NCBI GenBank assembly: GCA_965205505.1
Contig: CBDBHB010000008.1
Coordinates: 672,001-736,000 of the forward strand
From: Acidobacteriota bacterium
Lineage (GTDB): Bacteria > Acidobacteriota > UBA890 > WLXD01
DNA: 64,000 nt
Direction of reading: 5' to 3'
Shown here one piece after another: positions 19,121 through 29,860 of the stretch. A program made the translations under genes and the position numbers. The notes below the pieces were generated by a model. It was not told the DNA's origin, did not search any database, and saw nothing but the letters and a program-made list of their open reading frames with translations. Every line of letters starts with the position of its first letter. Positions within the stretch are counted from its first letter, which is position 1.

Positions 19121-19929
19121 AGGGCCCCTTCCGCGACCGTCAACGTGGGCACCGCGTCCACGAGCTCACGCGTATAGGGCTCGCGCGGGTCGGACAACGT
19201 CCGCCCGGTCGGGCCGACCTCCAAGAGCCTTCCGCCCCGCATCACGGCAACGCGATCGCACAGCTCGGCTAGCACGGACAGGTCGTGGCTGATGAAGAGC
19301 ACCGACATCGAGCGGTCATCCCGCAGCTGGCGCAGCAGCTGCAAGATCTCCGCCTGCACGGTGACATCCAGCGAGCTCGTGGGCTCGTCAGCCACCAGCA
19401 CGCGCGTGCCGAGCGCTAACGCCAGCGCGATCGCTACGCGTTGCGCCTGGCCGCCGGAGAGCTGATGCGGATACCGATGCAGTAGCTCGGGATCGAGCAA
19501 AACGCCGCGCATGGCTTCGCCGGCGCGGCGATGCGACGCCGAGCGTGACAGTCCGTGCAGCCTCAGCGCACGCTGCACGACGTCACCTACTCGGAACACC
19601 GGATTAAACACCGGATTCTGAAAGACCATCGCGATCCGCCGCCCGCGAATCCCGCGGAGCCAGGCTTCGGAGCGCCCCACAAGCTGTTCGCCCTCGAGAA
19701 GGACGCTGCCCGAGACCTGCGCGCCGAGCTTGGCCGCCAGGCCCAGGATGGCATACGCGGTGAGCGACTTGCCGGCTCCACTCTCGCCGGCCAGTCCGAG
19801 GATCTCACCCTCGAACAGGTCCAGTGCCTCCAGCTCGACAACGCGGTGGTCTCCAAAGCGAATCACCAGGTCGCGGATGCGCAATCGGGCTCCCATCCCA
19901 ACCGAGCCGGGCGGCACGGCGGCGCTCAC
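19117..19929 (-). CDS. Peptide ABC transporter ATP-binding subunit (OppD/DppD-like)
   Basis: GESGAGKS, YPHQLSGGQAQR, ADEPTSSLD; GTG start overlapping the permease stop. Confidence 0.9.
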   Translation of the reverse strand: MSAAVPPGSVGMGARLRIRDLVIRFGDHRVVELEALDLFEGEILGLAGESGAGKSLTAYAILGLAAKLGAQVSGSVLLEGEQLVGRSEAWLRGIRGRRIAMVFQNPVFNPVFRVGDVVQRALRLHGLSRSASHRRAGEAMRGVLLDPELLHRYPHQLSGGQAQRVAIALALALGTRVLVADEPTSSLDVTVQAEILQLLRQLRDDRSMSVLFISHDLSVLAELCDRVAVMRGGRLLEVGPTGRTLSDPREPYTRELVDAVPTLTVAEGAL

Positions 19930-20810
19930 GAGGACACGGCCATGCGCTTGGGATCGAGCACCTCTCGCAGACCATCGCCGATCAGGTTGAAGGCCATCGC
20001 GGCGAGCAAGATCGCGGCGCCCGGGAACGTCACCACCCACCAGTGGGTGGCGAAGTAGGAGCGTCCCTGGCTCACCATCAGGCCCCACTCCGGTATCGGG
20101 TCCTGTGCGCCGAGCCCGAGGAACGACATCGCGGCCGATACCAGTATGACCCCACCCAGGTCGAGCGAGGCCTGCACGATGATCGGCGTCACGGCGTTCG
20201 GGAGCACGTGCCGGAAGACGATGCGGGCATCGCTCAACCCGAGCGCACGACAGCTTTCGATCAGCTGCCGGCCGGCCACCGACGACGCCTGCCCGCGCGC
20301 CAAGCGCGCGTACCAAGGCCACCAGGCAACGGCCAGCGCGATCGTGGCCGAGGTGATGCTGGGCGTGAGCACCGCCACCAACGCCAGCGCCAATAGCAAC
20401 GGTGGAAACGCCAGGAAGACATCGACTAGCCGCATGATCACCTCGTCGACGCGTCCACCGAAGTAGCCCGCCACGATGCCGAGCGGCACGCCTACGAGAC
20501 AGGCAAGCGCCAGAACGAGCCCGGCGATCCGCAACGAGACGCGGGCGCCATACAAAACACGGGTCAAGAGATCGCGCCCCAACTGATCCGTTCCGAACGG
20601 ATGGATCCACGATGGCGGCTGTAGCGTGTCTTCCAGATGCACAGTGGTGTCGGCATCTGACGGCGCCGGCGAGAGCAGCGGCGCGCCCAGCGCCATCAGC
20701 AACAGCACGAGCCCGAGGGTCGACCCCATCGCCAGCAACGGATTGTCCCGCCACCACGTGACCGCAACTGCCGAAGAAGACGGTCGGCTTTCCACGTGGG
20801 CGCGACTCAT
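19926..20810 (-). CDS. Peptide ABC transporter permease (OppC/DppC-like)
   Basis: HPFGTDQLGRDLLTRVLYGARVSL, RHVLPN, SFLGLG..PEWG. Confidence 0.93.
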   Translation of the reverse strand: MSRAHVESRPSSSAVAVTWWRDNPLLAMGSTLGLVLLLMALGAPLLSPAPSDADTTVHLEDTLQPPSWIHPFGTDQLGRDLLTRVLYGARVSLRIAGLVLALACLVGVPLGIVAGYFGGRVDEVIMRLVDVFLAFPPLLLALALVAVLTPSITSATIALAVAWWPWYARLARGQASSVAGRQLIESCRALGLSDARIVFRHVLPNAVTPIIVQASLDLGGVILVSAAMSFLGLGAQDPIPEWGLMVSQGRSYFATHWWVVTFPGAAILLAAMAFNLIGDGLREVLDPKRMAVSS

Positions 20811-21844
20811 TGCAAGCGGATCCTCGGGTCGATCACAGTCTGCAACAGGTCGACGGCGAGGTTGCCCAGCACGTACGCCAGCGCAACGACGAGCGTGATG
20901 CCAACGATCGCCGGCGTGTCTAGCGACTGCACGGCCAAGGCCGCGTAGAGTCCGAGCCCCGGCCAGTTGAAGATCGCCTCGACCAGGAAGGTGTTCGCCA
21001 GCGAGTAGGCGAAGATCAGCGCCGTCACCGTGATCACCGGGTTCAGGGCCGGCTTTAGCGCGAAGCGACCGAAGACGGCCGCTTCGGAGAACCCGAGCGC
21101 GCGGACCATCTGGATGTGGGTGTCGCCGAGGGTCTCGAGCGCCGAGGCGCGGACCATACGAGCGACGACCCCCATCGGGTAGGCGGCCAGCACGAGCGCT
21201 GGAATAACCAGGTGGACCAACGAGCTGCGCAGCACCGGGCCGTTGAGCCCGATCAGCGCATCGAGCACCGTCATGCCCGTGTAGCTGACGAGTCGGCTGG
21301 TGTAGTAGAGGGCCGGATCGTAACGCCCCGCGACGGGCAACAGCTCGAGCTTTTCGAAGAACACCAGCTGCAGGATCGGCGCTAGCCAGAATACCGGCAT
21401 GGAGACCCCGATCACCGAAACGAGCCTCACGAGCACGTCGGGCACGCGACCCTTGTAGCGCGCGGAGACCAAGCCCAAGGGGATTCCCACCATCAGCCCC
21501 AACAGCAAGGCCGTTCCAACGAGCTCGATCGAGGCCGGCAGTCCGGCGGCGATGTCGGTGAGCACCGGCCGTCGAGTGCGCAGCGACACTCCCCAATCAC
21601 CGATCGCCACGCCGCGCAGGTAATCCCACAACTGAACTCGCAACGGACGATCGAAACCGAGGTCCTGACGCGCCTGCTCCAGCACCTCGGCGGGCACGTG
21701 CCCACCGACCCACGTGGCTGCGGGATCGCTCGGGATCACCCGCGAGATGACGAACGTCAACACCACCACGCCGATCACCACCAGCAGCCCGGTGGCGACA
21801 CGGCGGCCGATGTAACGAACTAGGGTTGCCGTCTCTGGTCGCAC
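20807..21844 (-). CDS. Peptide ABC transporter permease (OppB/DppB-like); start uncertain
   Basis: YIGRR, PSDPA, LGFDRPL, SMPVFWLA, VEAIFNWPGLG. Confidence 0.92.
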   Translation of the reverse strand: MRPETATLVRYIGRRVATGLLVVIGVVVLTFVISRVIPSDPAATWVGGHVPAEVLEQARQDLGFDRPLRVQLWDYLRGVAIGDWGVSLRTRRPVLTDIAAGLPASIELVGTALLLGLMVGIPLGLVSARYKGRVPDVLVRLVSVIGVSMPVFWLAPILQLVFFEKLELLPVAGRYDPALYYTSRLVSYTGMTVLDALIGLNGPVLRSSLVHLVIPALVLAAYPMGVVARMVRASALETLGDTHIQMVRALGFSEAAVFGRFALKPALNPVITVTALIFAYSLANTFLVEAIFNWPGLGLYAALAVQSLDTPAIVGITLVVALAYVLGNLAVDLLQTVIDPRIRLQ

Positions 21845-21991
21845 GACATGGCGTTTCCCACAGCTGGCCGCCGACGTCAACTTCGCCGCCGATCGCCGCC
21901 TCCTCGCACCGTGCTAGGATCGCCGCTTCCTGGTCGGACCTGGTGCCCTGTAACCGAGGTTCGTTGCACATTGCCGGATCGAGATGGGGGC

Positions 21992-24028
21992 ATGCCGGAC
22001 ATGCGTCTCGGGATCGACGTAGGCGGAACTTTCGTGGACTTCGTGCTGCTCGAGGAGCACACCGGACGAACCCGTATCGAGAAGGTCCACGCCGCGGGTT
22101 CGCTGCAGGAGCGCTGTTTCGAGGGCTTCGAGAGGCTCGACCTACAGCCGCGCGACCTGGCAATGCTGATCCACGGCTCGACCTTGGTAATCAACACCAT
22201 CGTGCAGGAATCGGGCGCTCGCGTGGGCTTGATCACCACCTCCGGCTTTCGCGACGTCCTCGAGCTCGGCCGCGGCAATCGGGCAGATATCTACGACCTG
22301 TTCTACAAGCCACCGCCGCCCCTCGTGCCGCGCTGGCGAAGGCACGAGGTACGCGAGCGCATGAGCCATCGCGGCGAGGTGCTCGAGCCCCTCGACGAAG
22401 AAGAGGCCGCCGCCGCCTTGGCACGGCTGAGCGATCAGCAGGTCGAGGGGGTCGCCATCTGTTTCTTGCACGCCTACGCGAACTCCACTCACGAGCAGCG
22501 CATGGCCGAGATCGTTCGCGCCGCCCTGCCGAATGTCACGGTGAGCGCCTCTTCCGACCTGGTACGGGAGCACAGGGAGTTCGAGCGCACCTCGACCACG
22601 GTGCTCAATGCCTATGTGCAGCCGCGCATGAGCGCCTACCTCTCGAGCCTCGACCGCGGCCTGCGACAGCACGACTACCAAGGGCCGTTCACCATCATGC
22701 AATCGTCCGGCGGCATGACGTTTGTGGACGGCGCAATGAAGGCGCCGATTCGAACGGTTCAGTCGGGTCCTGCCGGGGGCGTCATCGCCGCCACGACGTT
22801 GGGCGCCGAGCTGGGCTACGCCAACCTGGTCTCCGCAGACGTGGGTGGGACGACGTTCGACGTCGCCCTCGTGGTAGACGGCAAACCACTCGAGAAGGGC
22901 GAGACTACGATCGGGCGACGGCCGGTGCTGCAGCCAACGATCGATATCGTTTCGATCGGCGCCGGGGGCGGTAGCATTGCCTGGATCGACGGCGAGGACG
23001 GCCTGCAAGTCGGACCGCGCAGCGCCGAGGCGCATCCGGGGCCCGCCTGCTTCGGCCTGGGAGGCGAAGAGCCGACGGTAACGGATGCCCAGGTCGTGCT
23101 GGGGTACCTGGACCCGGACTTCTATCTCGGGAGTCGCATGGAGCTGGATCCGGCGGCTGCTCAGAACGCCATCGAGTCACACATTGCCGGGCCGCTGAAC
23201 ATGGAGCTGACCGCTGCCGCCAGCGGCATCATTCAGCTCATCAACATGAACATGACCCACGCAATCCGCCGAATCACCATCGAGCACGGGCACGATCCGC
23301 GCGAATTCGGCCTGCTGTGCCACGGCGGGGGCGGCGGGCTATTCGCCGGCGCGCTGATGCGGGAGCTGGAATTGCAACGTGCCATCATCCCCGTTGATCC
23401 GGCTACCTTCTCGGCCTGGGGGCTGCTGACCGCCGCCTATCGTGAGGATTCGGTGCGGACGGTCGTACGCTTGCTGGAAGAGCTCGGCGGCGGCGAGCTG
23501 GCCGGCCTGCTGGCCGACCTCACCGGCGATGCCCTGGGCAAGCTGCGGGCGGGGGGAATCGAGACCGCGGAGGCGCGACTGCGCCACTACGGCGACATGC
23601 GCTACAGCGGTCAGGAGCACACTGTCAAAGTCCCCATACTCGAGGAGGACCTTGCCGAAGACGGCCTGGTTGCCCTCCGGGGACGCTTCGATGCGCTGCA
23701 TGAGCAGGCCTACGCGCACGCGCTGCCCGATCATGCCGTCGAGTTGGTGAACTTGCGCGCGCTGGCGGAATTGCCGACCTTGTCCCCTCGGATCGGCGCG
23801 CTCTCGGAGCGTGAGGGGCCACTGCAGGCAAAGGGGTTGAGGCAGATCTGGTTGGCGGGCGCCGACTCCCCGCTCGATTGTCCGATCTACGATCGCGACC
23901 GGCTCGGTCCCGGAGATCGTCTGCCAGGCCCGACCATCGTAGAGGAGTGGACGTCGACGACGCTGGTGGCCTGCGACCAGCAGCTCGACGTCGATGCATA
24001 CGGCAACCTGATCGTGTCGATGCGCTGA
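21992..24028 (+). CDS. Hydantoinase A / 5-oxoprolinase family ATP-binding subunit (HyuA-like)
   Basis: GIDVGGTFVD, HGSTLVIN, SGPAGG, DVGGTTFDV, IGAGGGSIA, PGPACFG. Confidence 0.93.
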   Translation: MPDMRLGIDVGGTFVDFVLLEEHTGRTRIEKVHAAGSLQERCFEGFERLDLQPRDLAMLIHGSTLVINTIVQESGARVGLITTSGFRDVLELGRGNRADIYDLFYKPPPPLVPRWRRHEVRERMSHRGEVLEPLDEEEAAAALARLSDQQVEGVAICFLHAYANSTHEQRMAEIVRAALPNVTVSASSDLVREHREFERTSTTVLNAYVQPRMSAYLSSLDRGLRQHDYQGPFTIMQSSGGMTFVDGAMKAPIRTVQSGPAGGVIAATTLGAELGYANLVSADVGGTTFDVALVVDGKPLEKGETTIGRRPVLQPTIDIVSIGAGGGSIAWIDGEDGLQVGPRSAEAHPGPACFGLGGEEPTVTDAQVVLGYLDPDFYLGSRMELDPAAAQNAIESHIAGPLNMELTAAASGIIQLINMNMTHAIRRITIEHGHDPREFGLLCHGGGGGLFAGALMRELELQRAIIPVDPATFSAWGLLTAAYREDSVRTVVRLLEELGGGELAGLLADLTGDALGKLRAGGIETAEARLRHYGDMRYSGQEHTVKVPILEEDLAEDGLVALRGRFDALHEQAYAHALPDHAVELVNLRALAELPTLSPRIGALSEREGPLQAKGLRQIWLAGADSPLDCPIYDRDRLGPGDRLPGPTIVEEWTSTTLVACDQQLDVDAYGNLIVSMR

Positions 24029-24088
24029 CACCGGAAGGTTGGCCGTCGACACCGGTGTCGCGACGGGGTGACACCGCTGCTACCGAGA

Positions 24089-25675
24089 CTACCGTCGAAG
24101 CTCGCGGACCTGTACGGCGTTCGGGTAGACCGGGTTGTCGACGAAGTCGTCCGCCGATCTCAGCATCACCCGCTGATAGGCCATGTCACCCAGCAACACC
24201 GCCGGGGCCTCGTCGAGAAGCCTCACCTGGAGCTGCCGATATAGCTCGGTCGCGGCCGCGCGATCGACGCCGAGGAGCCGCTGCGCCTCGGCCATCATGG
24301 GGTCCAGCTCGGGATCGGAAAACCGCGTCACGTTGTAGTGCGGCGGATCCTCGGTGCCGAACAGGGGTGCGAACCACGTCGGCGGCGCCGGGTAGTCAGG
24401 CCACCACATCATCAACATCATGTCGATGGCCTTGGCAGGATCGGGTGCCTTTGCCGTCGCCCACAGCAACTCCCAGAGCATTGGGCGCAACTGCACGACG
24501 ATGTTGAGCGCCGCCAGATTGGATTTCAGCACCGCCGCGGCCAGCGCTTCCTCCGGCTCTTCGGGAAGGTAGCCGAGCTCGAGCCGGAGGGTCTCGCCTC
24601 CGGGTCCGTAGCCCGCCTGCTGCAGCAGCGCGGCCGCCTTGTCCGGGTCGTAGTCGTACAACGGCAGGCCATGTGACTCACCCGGCATACCGTGGGGGAT
24701 CAAGCCGTGCGCTCGTGACAGCGCGCCGTGCGATGCGGCCACCAGGCCGTCGTAGTCGATGCCGTGCGAGATCGCCTGGCGGACGCGCTTGTCTGCCAGG
24801 GCGCCACGCCGAATGTTGAACAGCATGAACATGTTCTGAAAGGAGGCGGTCGAGGTGGTGTGAAACTCCGGGTCGTCGGTGAACGTGGCCCAAAGCTGAG
24901 GGGTCAGCTTTTCGACGAAGCTAAGCTGCCGGGCGTTCAACAGCTGCGCTGCGGTGTTGGGCTCCCGCACGACGCGGAACACCACGTTGCGGTAGTGATG
25001 CGGCTCCCACCCACCCCAGTACCCCTCGTACGCTTTCAGCCGCAGCTCGATCTCCTGTCCACGGTGCCAGGCATCAACGGTGTAGGGCCCGGTACCGGCA
25101 TCGCGTCCCTCCGAAAACCAGTCTCCCAGCTCGTCGGCGGGGGCCGCCCGCGCGTCGTAGATCTCCCCCTGGTAGGCGGCCGCCGCGATCAGGTCGATCG
25201 GCGCCGGGTAGCGAAGGTAAAACACCAGGGTCAGCGGATCCGGTGCCGCGATCCTCTCGACCGAGCTCCAGATATAAGCGGATCCGAGCCCCAGCCCGAT
25301 GGTGCGGTCGAGCGCTTCCTTGGCAGCCTGCGCCGTCAGCCGTCTGCCGGTGTGGAAGGTGATGCCCTCCCGTAGCCTGAAGGTCCACTGCATGCGGTCC
25401 GGCGCGGCGAAGAAGTTCTCCGCCAGCAGCGGCTGTACGGTATCGGTGGCCGGATCGTAACGGGTCAGCCCCTCGTACATCAGCGGCGTCGCCTTGACCT
25501 CGTTGGAGGCATGCGTGGCCGGATCCCAGCCGATCATCACCTCGACGGTCGACGCAATGTTGAACACCGCCGGGTCTATGGGTCTGGTTCCGGCAGCGGA
25601 AGGCGCGCACCCTAGAAGGAATACCTGCAGCCCGACAGTAGCCTTCAGCGCGTATCGGGCAGGAGCTTTGCTCAC
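24089..25675 (-). CDS. Peptide ABC transporter substrate-binding lipoprotein (family 5); start uncertain
   Basis: Lipobox-like LLGC; YEGLTRYD, WTFRLREGITFH, GTGPY, VRQAISHGID. Confidence 0.9.
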   Translation of the reverse strand: MSKAPARYALKATVGLQVFLLGCAPSAAGTRPIDPAVFNIASTVEVMIGWDPATHASNEVKATPLMYEGLTRYDPATDTVQPLLAENFFAAPDRMQWTFRLREGITFHTGRRLTAQAAKEALDRTIGLGLGSAYIWSSVERIAAPDPLTLVFYLRYPAPIDLIAAAAYQGEIYDARAAPADELGDWFSEGRDAGTGPYTVDAWHRGQEIELRLKAYEGYWGGWEPHHYRNVVFRVVREPNTAAQLLNARQLSFVEKLTPQLWATFTDDPEFHTTSTASFQNMFMLFNIRRGALADKRVRQAISHGIDYDGLVAASHGALSRAHGLIPHGMPGESHGLPLYDYDPDKAAALLQQAGYGPGGETLRLELGYLPEEPEEALAAAVLKSNLAALNIVVQLRPMLWELLWATAKAPDPAKAIDMMLMMWWPDYPAPPTWFAPLFGTEDPPHYNVTRFSDPELDPMMAEAQRLLGVDRAAATELYRQLQVRLLDEAPAVLLGDMAYQRVMLRSADDFVDNPVYPNAVQVRELRR

Positions 25676-25786
25676 CGGCGCGCAATCCTCCGCTTGACCT
25701 GGGGCCCCTTCAACGCGTAGCAATAGCGGCGCACCCGCCGTCCGCCACCTTGGTGGCCAAACCCGAGCATCTCACACGAGGCCTCC

Positions 25787-27484
25787 GTGAAAGCAGATCT
25801 CGACCCGATCAGCGTGCAGGTCATCCGCGGCGCCATCAAGGCCGTCGCCGACGAGATGATGGTGAGCCTGATCAAAACAGCCCACAACCCGCTCATCTAC
25901 GAGGTGCAGGACTTCGGGGTCGGGCTCAGCTCACACCACGGCCATCTGCTCGCCGATGGCTCGGGTCTACCGGGATTCATCGGCTGTCTGCCACGCACCG
26001 TGCGTAGCGGTCTCGAGGTCATCGGTGCCGACGACTTCGCCGATGGAGACATCCTGCTGAGCAACGAGCCATACGACACCGGCACCCACATAAGCGACAC
26101 CGTGGTCTACATGCCGATCTTCCATGACGGCCGCCTGGAGGCGTTCTCGGCGATCATGGCCCACTGGGCCGATATCGGCGGCATCACGCCGGGCGGCTGG
26201 TGCCCTGACTCCACCGATGTCCACCAGGAAGGGCTGCTGTTTCCACACCTGAAGCTCTACGACGCCGGCAGGCTGAACCGGGAGCTGCACCGCTTGATCC
26301 TCGCCAACGTGCGCTTCCCCGGCATCGTGGAGGGCGACCTCAACGCCATGATCGCGGCATGTCGCACGGGGGCCCGTCGCTACCAGGCGCTGTGTGGTCG
26401 TCACGGCGCCGACCGGCTGCGCGACGCGATGGAGACCGTCTTCGACCAGTCGGAGCGCCGCATGCGGCGCGAGATAACCGCCATCCCCGACGGCGAATAC
26501 AAGGCCGAGACGATCATGGACCACGACGGTGTAGAGACCGACAAGCCGTTCACTATGCGGGTCACCGTGATCGTCGATGGCGACGAGCTGCGAATCGACT
26601 GGGAGGGCACCGATCCGGTGACCAAGGGGCCGGTCAATCACCCCGGCCCCGGCACCGAGGCGCTCGGCGAGGTGGCGATCAAGTCACTGCTCATGCCTAT
26701 GGAGCCGATGAACCATGGCCATCTCCGCCCAATCACCGTCGCCTCCCCGGCGGACACGGTGGTCAACCCGTCATACCCTGCGCCCACCGACTCCTACGGT
26801 TATGTCGGCGAGATGGTCCTTCATCTGGTGGTGCGCGCGCTGGCGGTCGCGATTCCGGATCTTTGTCCCGCCTGCTCGTATCAGATGTGCGGCGCCAGCT
26901 TCTACCGCATGGACCCCAGGCTCGGCAAGCCGTTCATCCTCACCGAGCCGGTCGACGGCGGCGGCGGCGCGCTGCCCCACGATGACGGACCCAGCGGTAC
27001 GATCTTCGTCGGCGACGGAGACGCGCCCAACACCCCTGTCGAGGTGATCGAAGGTCGCTACCCCATCCTCATGCGACGCTACGCATTCAACTCGGAGGGC
27101 GCCGGCGCCGGAAAGTACCGCGGCGGGTTCGGCGTCGTCCGCGACTACGAGATGCTCGAGGACGACATCCTGGTGCAGACCAGCAACGAGAACAGCCTCC
27201 ATCCGCCGTGGGGGCTATTCGGTGGCGGCCATGCCGGCGTCAGCACCGTCGTCCTGTGGGAGGGCAGCGACCGCGAGCGCGTCACCGCGGGTCGCTTCGC
27301 CCGGCTCGGCCCCTTCAACCGCGGCGATCGCGTCAGCGTGCGTACGGCGGGCGGAGGCGGCTGGGGCGACCCGAAGGATCGCGATCCGGGGCGCGTGCGT
27401 GACGATGTTCAGAACGGCTTCATCGGCGCCGCAGAGGCCGAATCGGTATACGGTGTGACTCTCGACGGAGAGAAAAATGGCTAG
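25787..27484 (+). CDS. Hydantoinase B / 5-oxoprolinase family subunit (HyuB-like)
   Basis: NEPYDTGTHISD, HWADIGGITPG, NTPVEVIE, GAGKYRGGFG, AGGGGWGDP. Confidence 0.93.
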   Translation: MKADLDPISVQVIRGAIKAVADEMMVSLIKTAHNPLIYEVQDFGVGLSSHHGHLLADGSGLPGFIGCLPRTVRSGLEVIGADDFADGDILLSNEPYDTGTHISDTVVYMPIFHDGRLEAFSAIMAHWADIGGITPGGWCPDSTDVHQEGLLFPHLKLYDAGRLNRELHRLILANVRFPGIVEGDLNAMIAACRTGARRYQALCGRHGADRLRDAMETVFDQSERRMRREITAIPDGEYKAETIMDHDGVETDKPFTMRVTVIVDGDELRIDWEGTDPVTKGPVNHPGPGTEALGEVAIKSLLMPMEPMNHGHLRPITVASPADTVVNPSYPAPTDSYGYVGEMVLHLVVRALAVAIPDLCPACSYQMCGASFYRMDPRLGKPFILTEPVDGGGGALPHDDGPSGTIFVGDGDAPNTPVEVIEGRYPILMRRYAFNSEGAGAGKYRGGFGVVRDYEMLEDDILVQTSNENSLHPPWGLFGGGHAGVSTVVLWEGSDRERVTAGRFARLGPFNRGDRVSVRTAGGGGWGDPKDRDPGRVRDDVQNGFIGAAEAESVYGVTLDGEKNG

Positions 27485-29009
27485 TCGTTCGCTGGTGATG
27501 CTCGTGGCAGCCCTACTGGCGACGAGCTCGACCGCCCAGGAACCTGTCGACGTCGACGTCGTCTCTCGAATCAAGGAGGAGGCGTTTCAGCACTCTCAAG
27601 TGCTCGACACGTTGATCTACCTGAGCGACGTCTACGGCCCGCGCCTTACCGGAAATCCGGCGTACTACGAGGCCGCCGTGTGGGCCAAGGAGACGCTGGA
27701 GTCATGGGGCCTCGACAACGTCCACTTCGATCCCTACCGGGACGACCTGCGCGGTTGGGACATCGAGTCCTACTCCGTGGAGATGGTCGAGCCGCGCTAC
27801 ATGAACATCAACGCCCTGCCCGACGCCTGGACGAGCGGCACGGACGGTGAGGTCATCGGCGAGCCGCTGCTGGTGGACTACACCTCGCTGGAAGCTCTAC
27901 GGGCCCTCCGAGGTCAGCTACGCGGCCGAATCTTACTGTCTCCGGAAGTACGCACGCAGGGCAAGCGGCGCGAGGGCGTGTTCACCGACGAGCAACTGGA
28001 CCACGCCGAGAGCCACCTCGTTCCCGACAACGACGACAACCTGGACAATGCCGACCTGGAGCCGTCGCCGGGTCGCAGAAGGGGAGGCGCTGCGGAGATG
28101 CTCGAGCGTCAGCAGCTTCTCCTGGATGAAGGGGTAGCCGCAGTCATCCGCGGCAGCGACAAGAGACCCGGCGTGCTCGACGCCAACCAACAGCGCTACA
28201 CACGCCAGGGCGACCTCAAACCGGTGCCGCATTTCGCCGTCAGCAGGGAGCAGCACGGGCGCATGCTACGGATGATCGAGCGCGGCGCCGCGATCACGTT
28301 GAGGCTCCATCTGAGCGTCACCTTCTACACCGACCCGACGTACCACACGAACATCATCGCCGAGATTCCCGGCACCGATCTCAGCCACGAGTTGGTATTG
28401 GTCGGCGGCCACTTCGACTCCTACCACAGTGGTACGGGCGCGGCGGACAATGGCGCCGGCTCCGCTACCACCATGGAGGTCATGCGCATCCTCAAGACCC
28501 TCGGAGTCGAGCCCCGCCGCACAATCCGGCTGGCGCTCTGGGGAAGCGAGGAACAGGGGTATCTGGGTTCCCGCGGGTACCTCGCCAAGTACGTCGCCGA
28601 CCCGGACACCGGTGCCGACCTCGGCGAGCTGAACCGAATCTCCGTCTACTTCAACCACGACAACAGTGGCCACAACATCCGCGGCATCCACGGCCAAGGC
28701 AACGAGGCTATCCGCCCGATATTCGAGCGTTACCTGGAACCCTTCCATGCGATGGGCGCTGAAACCGCCAGCGTGGAAAACGCCGGCGGCACCGATCACC
28801 TGGGCTTCAACGCGGTCAACATCCCGGCCTTCGAGTGGATCCAAGATCCGCTGCAGTATCACACTACGCAGATTCACTCGAGCATGGACGTGGTGGACTA
28901 CGTCACCGAAGCAGCCCTGCAGCGCAACGCCGCGATCATTGCAACGTTCGTCTACCACGCGGCCATGCGCGACGAGATGATGCCGCGCAAGAGGATCGGC
29001 GACCGTTAG
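27477..29009 (+). CDS. Secreted M28 family metallopeptidase (carboxypeptidase Q-like)
   Basis: YGPRLTG, GGHFDS, GAADNGAG, WGSEEQG, GTDH, HSSMD. Confidence 0.92.
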   Translation: MASRSLVMLVAALLATSSTAQEPVDVDVVSRIKEEAFQHSQVLDTLIYLSDVYGPRLTGNPAYYEAAVWAKETLESWGLDNVHFDPYRDDLRGWDIESYSVEMVEPRYMNINALPDAWTSGTDGEVIGEPLLVDYTSLEALRALRGQLRGRILLSPEVRTQGKRREGVFTDEQLDHAESHLVPDNDDNLDNADLEPSPGRRRGGAAEMLERQQLLLDEGVAAVIRGSDKRPGVLDANQQRYTRQGDLKPVPHFAVSREQHGRMLRMIERGAAITLRLHLSVTFYTDPTYHTNIIAEIPGTDLSHELVLVGGHFDSYHSGTGAADNGAGSATTMEVMRILKTLGVEPRRTIRLALWGSEEQGYLGSRGYLAKYVADPDTGADLGELNRISVYFNHDNSGHNIRGIHGQGNEAIRPIFERYLEPFHAMGAETASVENAGGTDHLGFNAVNIPAFEWIQDPLQYHTTQIHSSMDVVDYVTEAALQRNAAIIATFVYHAAMRDEMMPRKRIGDR

Positions 29010-29032
29010 CAGGGTGTACGAGCTCGCCGGCG

Positions 29033-29860
29033 CTACTCGTGGTGCGTGTAGGCCTCTATCTCGAGCTTCATGCCCGTGTACTCACCGTCCGGCGCCACGG
29101 ACGGGAAGCGGTACTCCGGATTGCTGAGGATGGCAAACACGGCGGCGTCGCCCAGCCTCAGCATCTCCCTCGTGTTGAGCCGCCATTCCTGGCCGATCTG
29201 ATCGAGGCGCCCCGGGAGATCCTGCGCGCCGAGAAACGACGTGAACGCCCAGTAGATGTACTCGGAGGCCATGCAATCGTAGTCGCATGTCTCGTCGTAG
29301 TACGAGTACCAGGCGCCATCCGGATACTCGTCGGGAACCCCGAGGAACCGCCCGCCGCGTGCCAGATCCATCGCGTTGGCGATTTCGGTACCCGGTACGC
29401 GACCGAACACCGAGGGGTAGGCGCCGCCCCATCCATAGTCCGACACCATGTGCAGAATCTCTTCCAGAGCAGTATCAAACACGCCTCGGGCTCTCACGCC
29501 CGGTCGGGTCTCTTCGTCGTAGAGACCCTGGCCGCGCGGGCGCTCGCTCCGGGGCATGCCCCGGGTCTCGCCCTGCGTCTTCGTCATGGCGATGGCCCCA
29601 CCCTGGTCGAGCAACGCTTGCATGATCTTCGGGTTGTCGGGCACACCGTCTTCGTCGTTGTCGATGTACTGTGCCAACACGCCTGCCGCGTGCAGCAGCT
29701 TGTCGTTGCCGGTGGTGTTGGTGGCGTAGATCGGCACCCCGAACACATCGACCTTCTTGGTAAAGGCCACCCCGCGCGACTGCTGAGCGCGCAGCGCGGA
29801 AGCAGACAGCAGCACGACACCGATACAGGACACACACAGCGTCAGCTTACGCAGGTTCAT
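29033..29860 (-). CDS. Secreted hypothetical protein, possible zinc metalloprotease-like fold
   Basis: Signal peptide, RBS GGAAGG; LEEILH motif followed by CDYDCMASEYIYW. Confidence 0.65.
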   Translation of the reverse strand: MNLRKLTLCVSCIGVVLLSASALRAQQSRGVAFTKKVDVFGVPIYATNTTGNDKLLHAAGVLAQYIDNDEDGVPDNPKIMQALLDQGGAIAMTKTQGETRGMPRSERPRGQGLYDEETRPGVRARGVFDTALEEILHMVSDYGWGGAYPSVFGRVPGTEIANAMDLARGGRFLGVPDEYPDGAWYSYYDETCDYDCMASEYIYWAFTSFLGAQDLPGRLDQIGQEWRLNTREMLRLGDAAVFAILSNPEYRFPSVAPDGEYTGMKLEIEAYTHHE

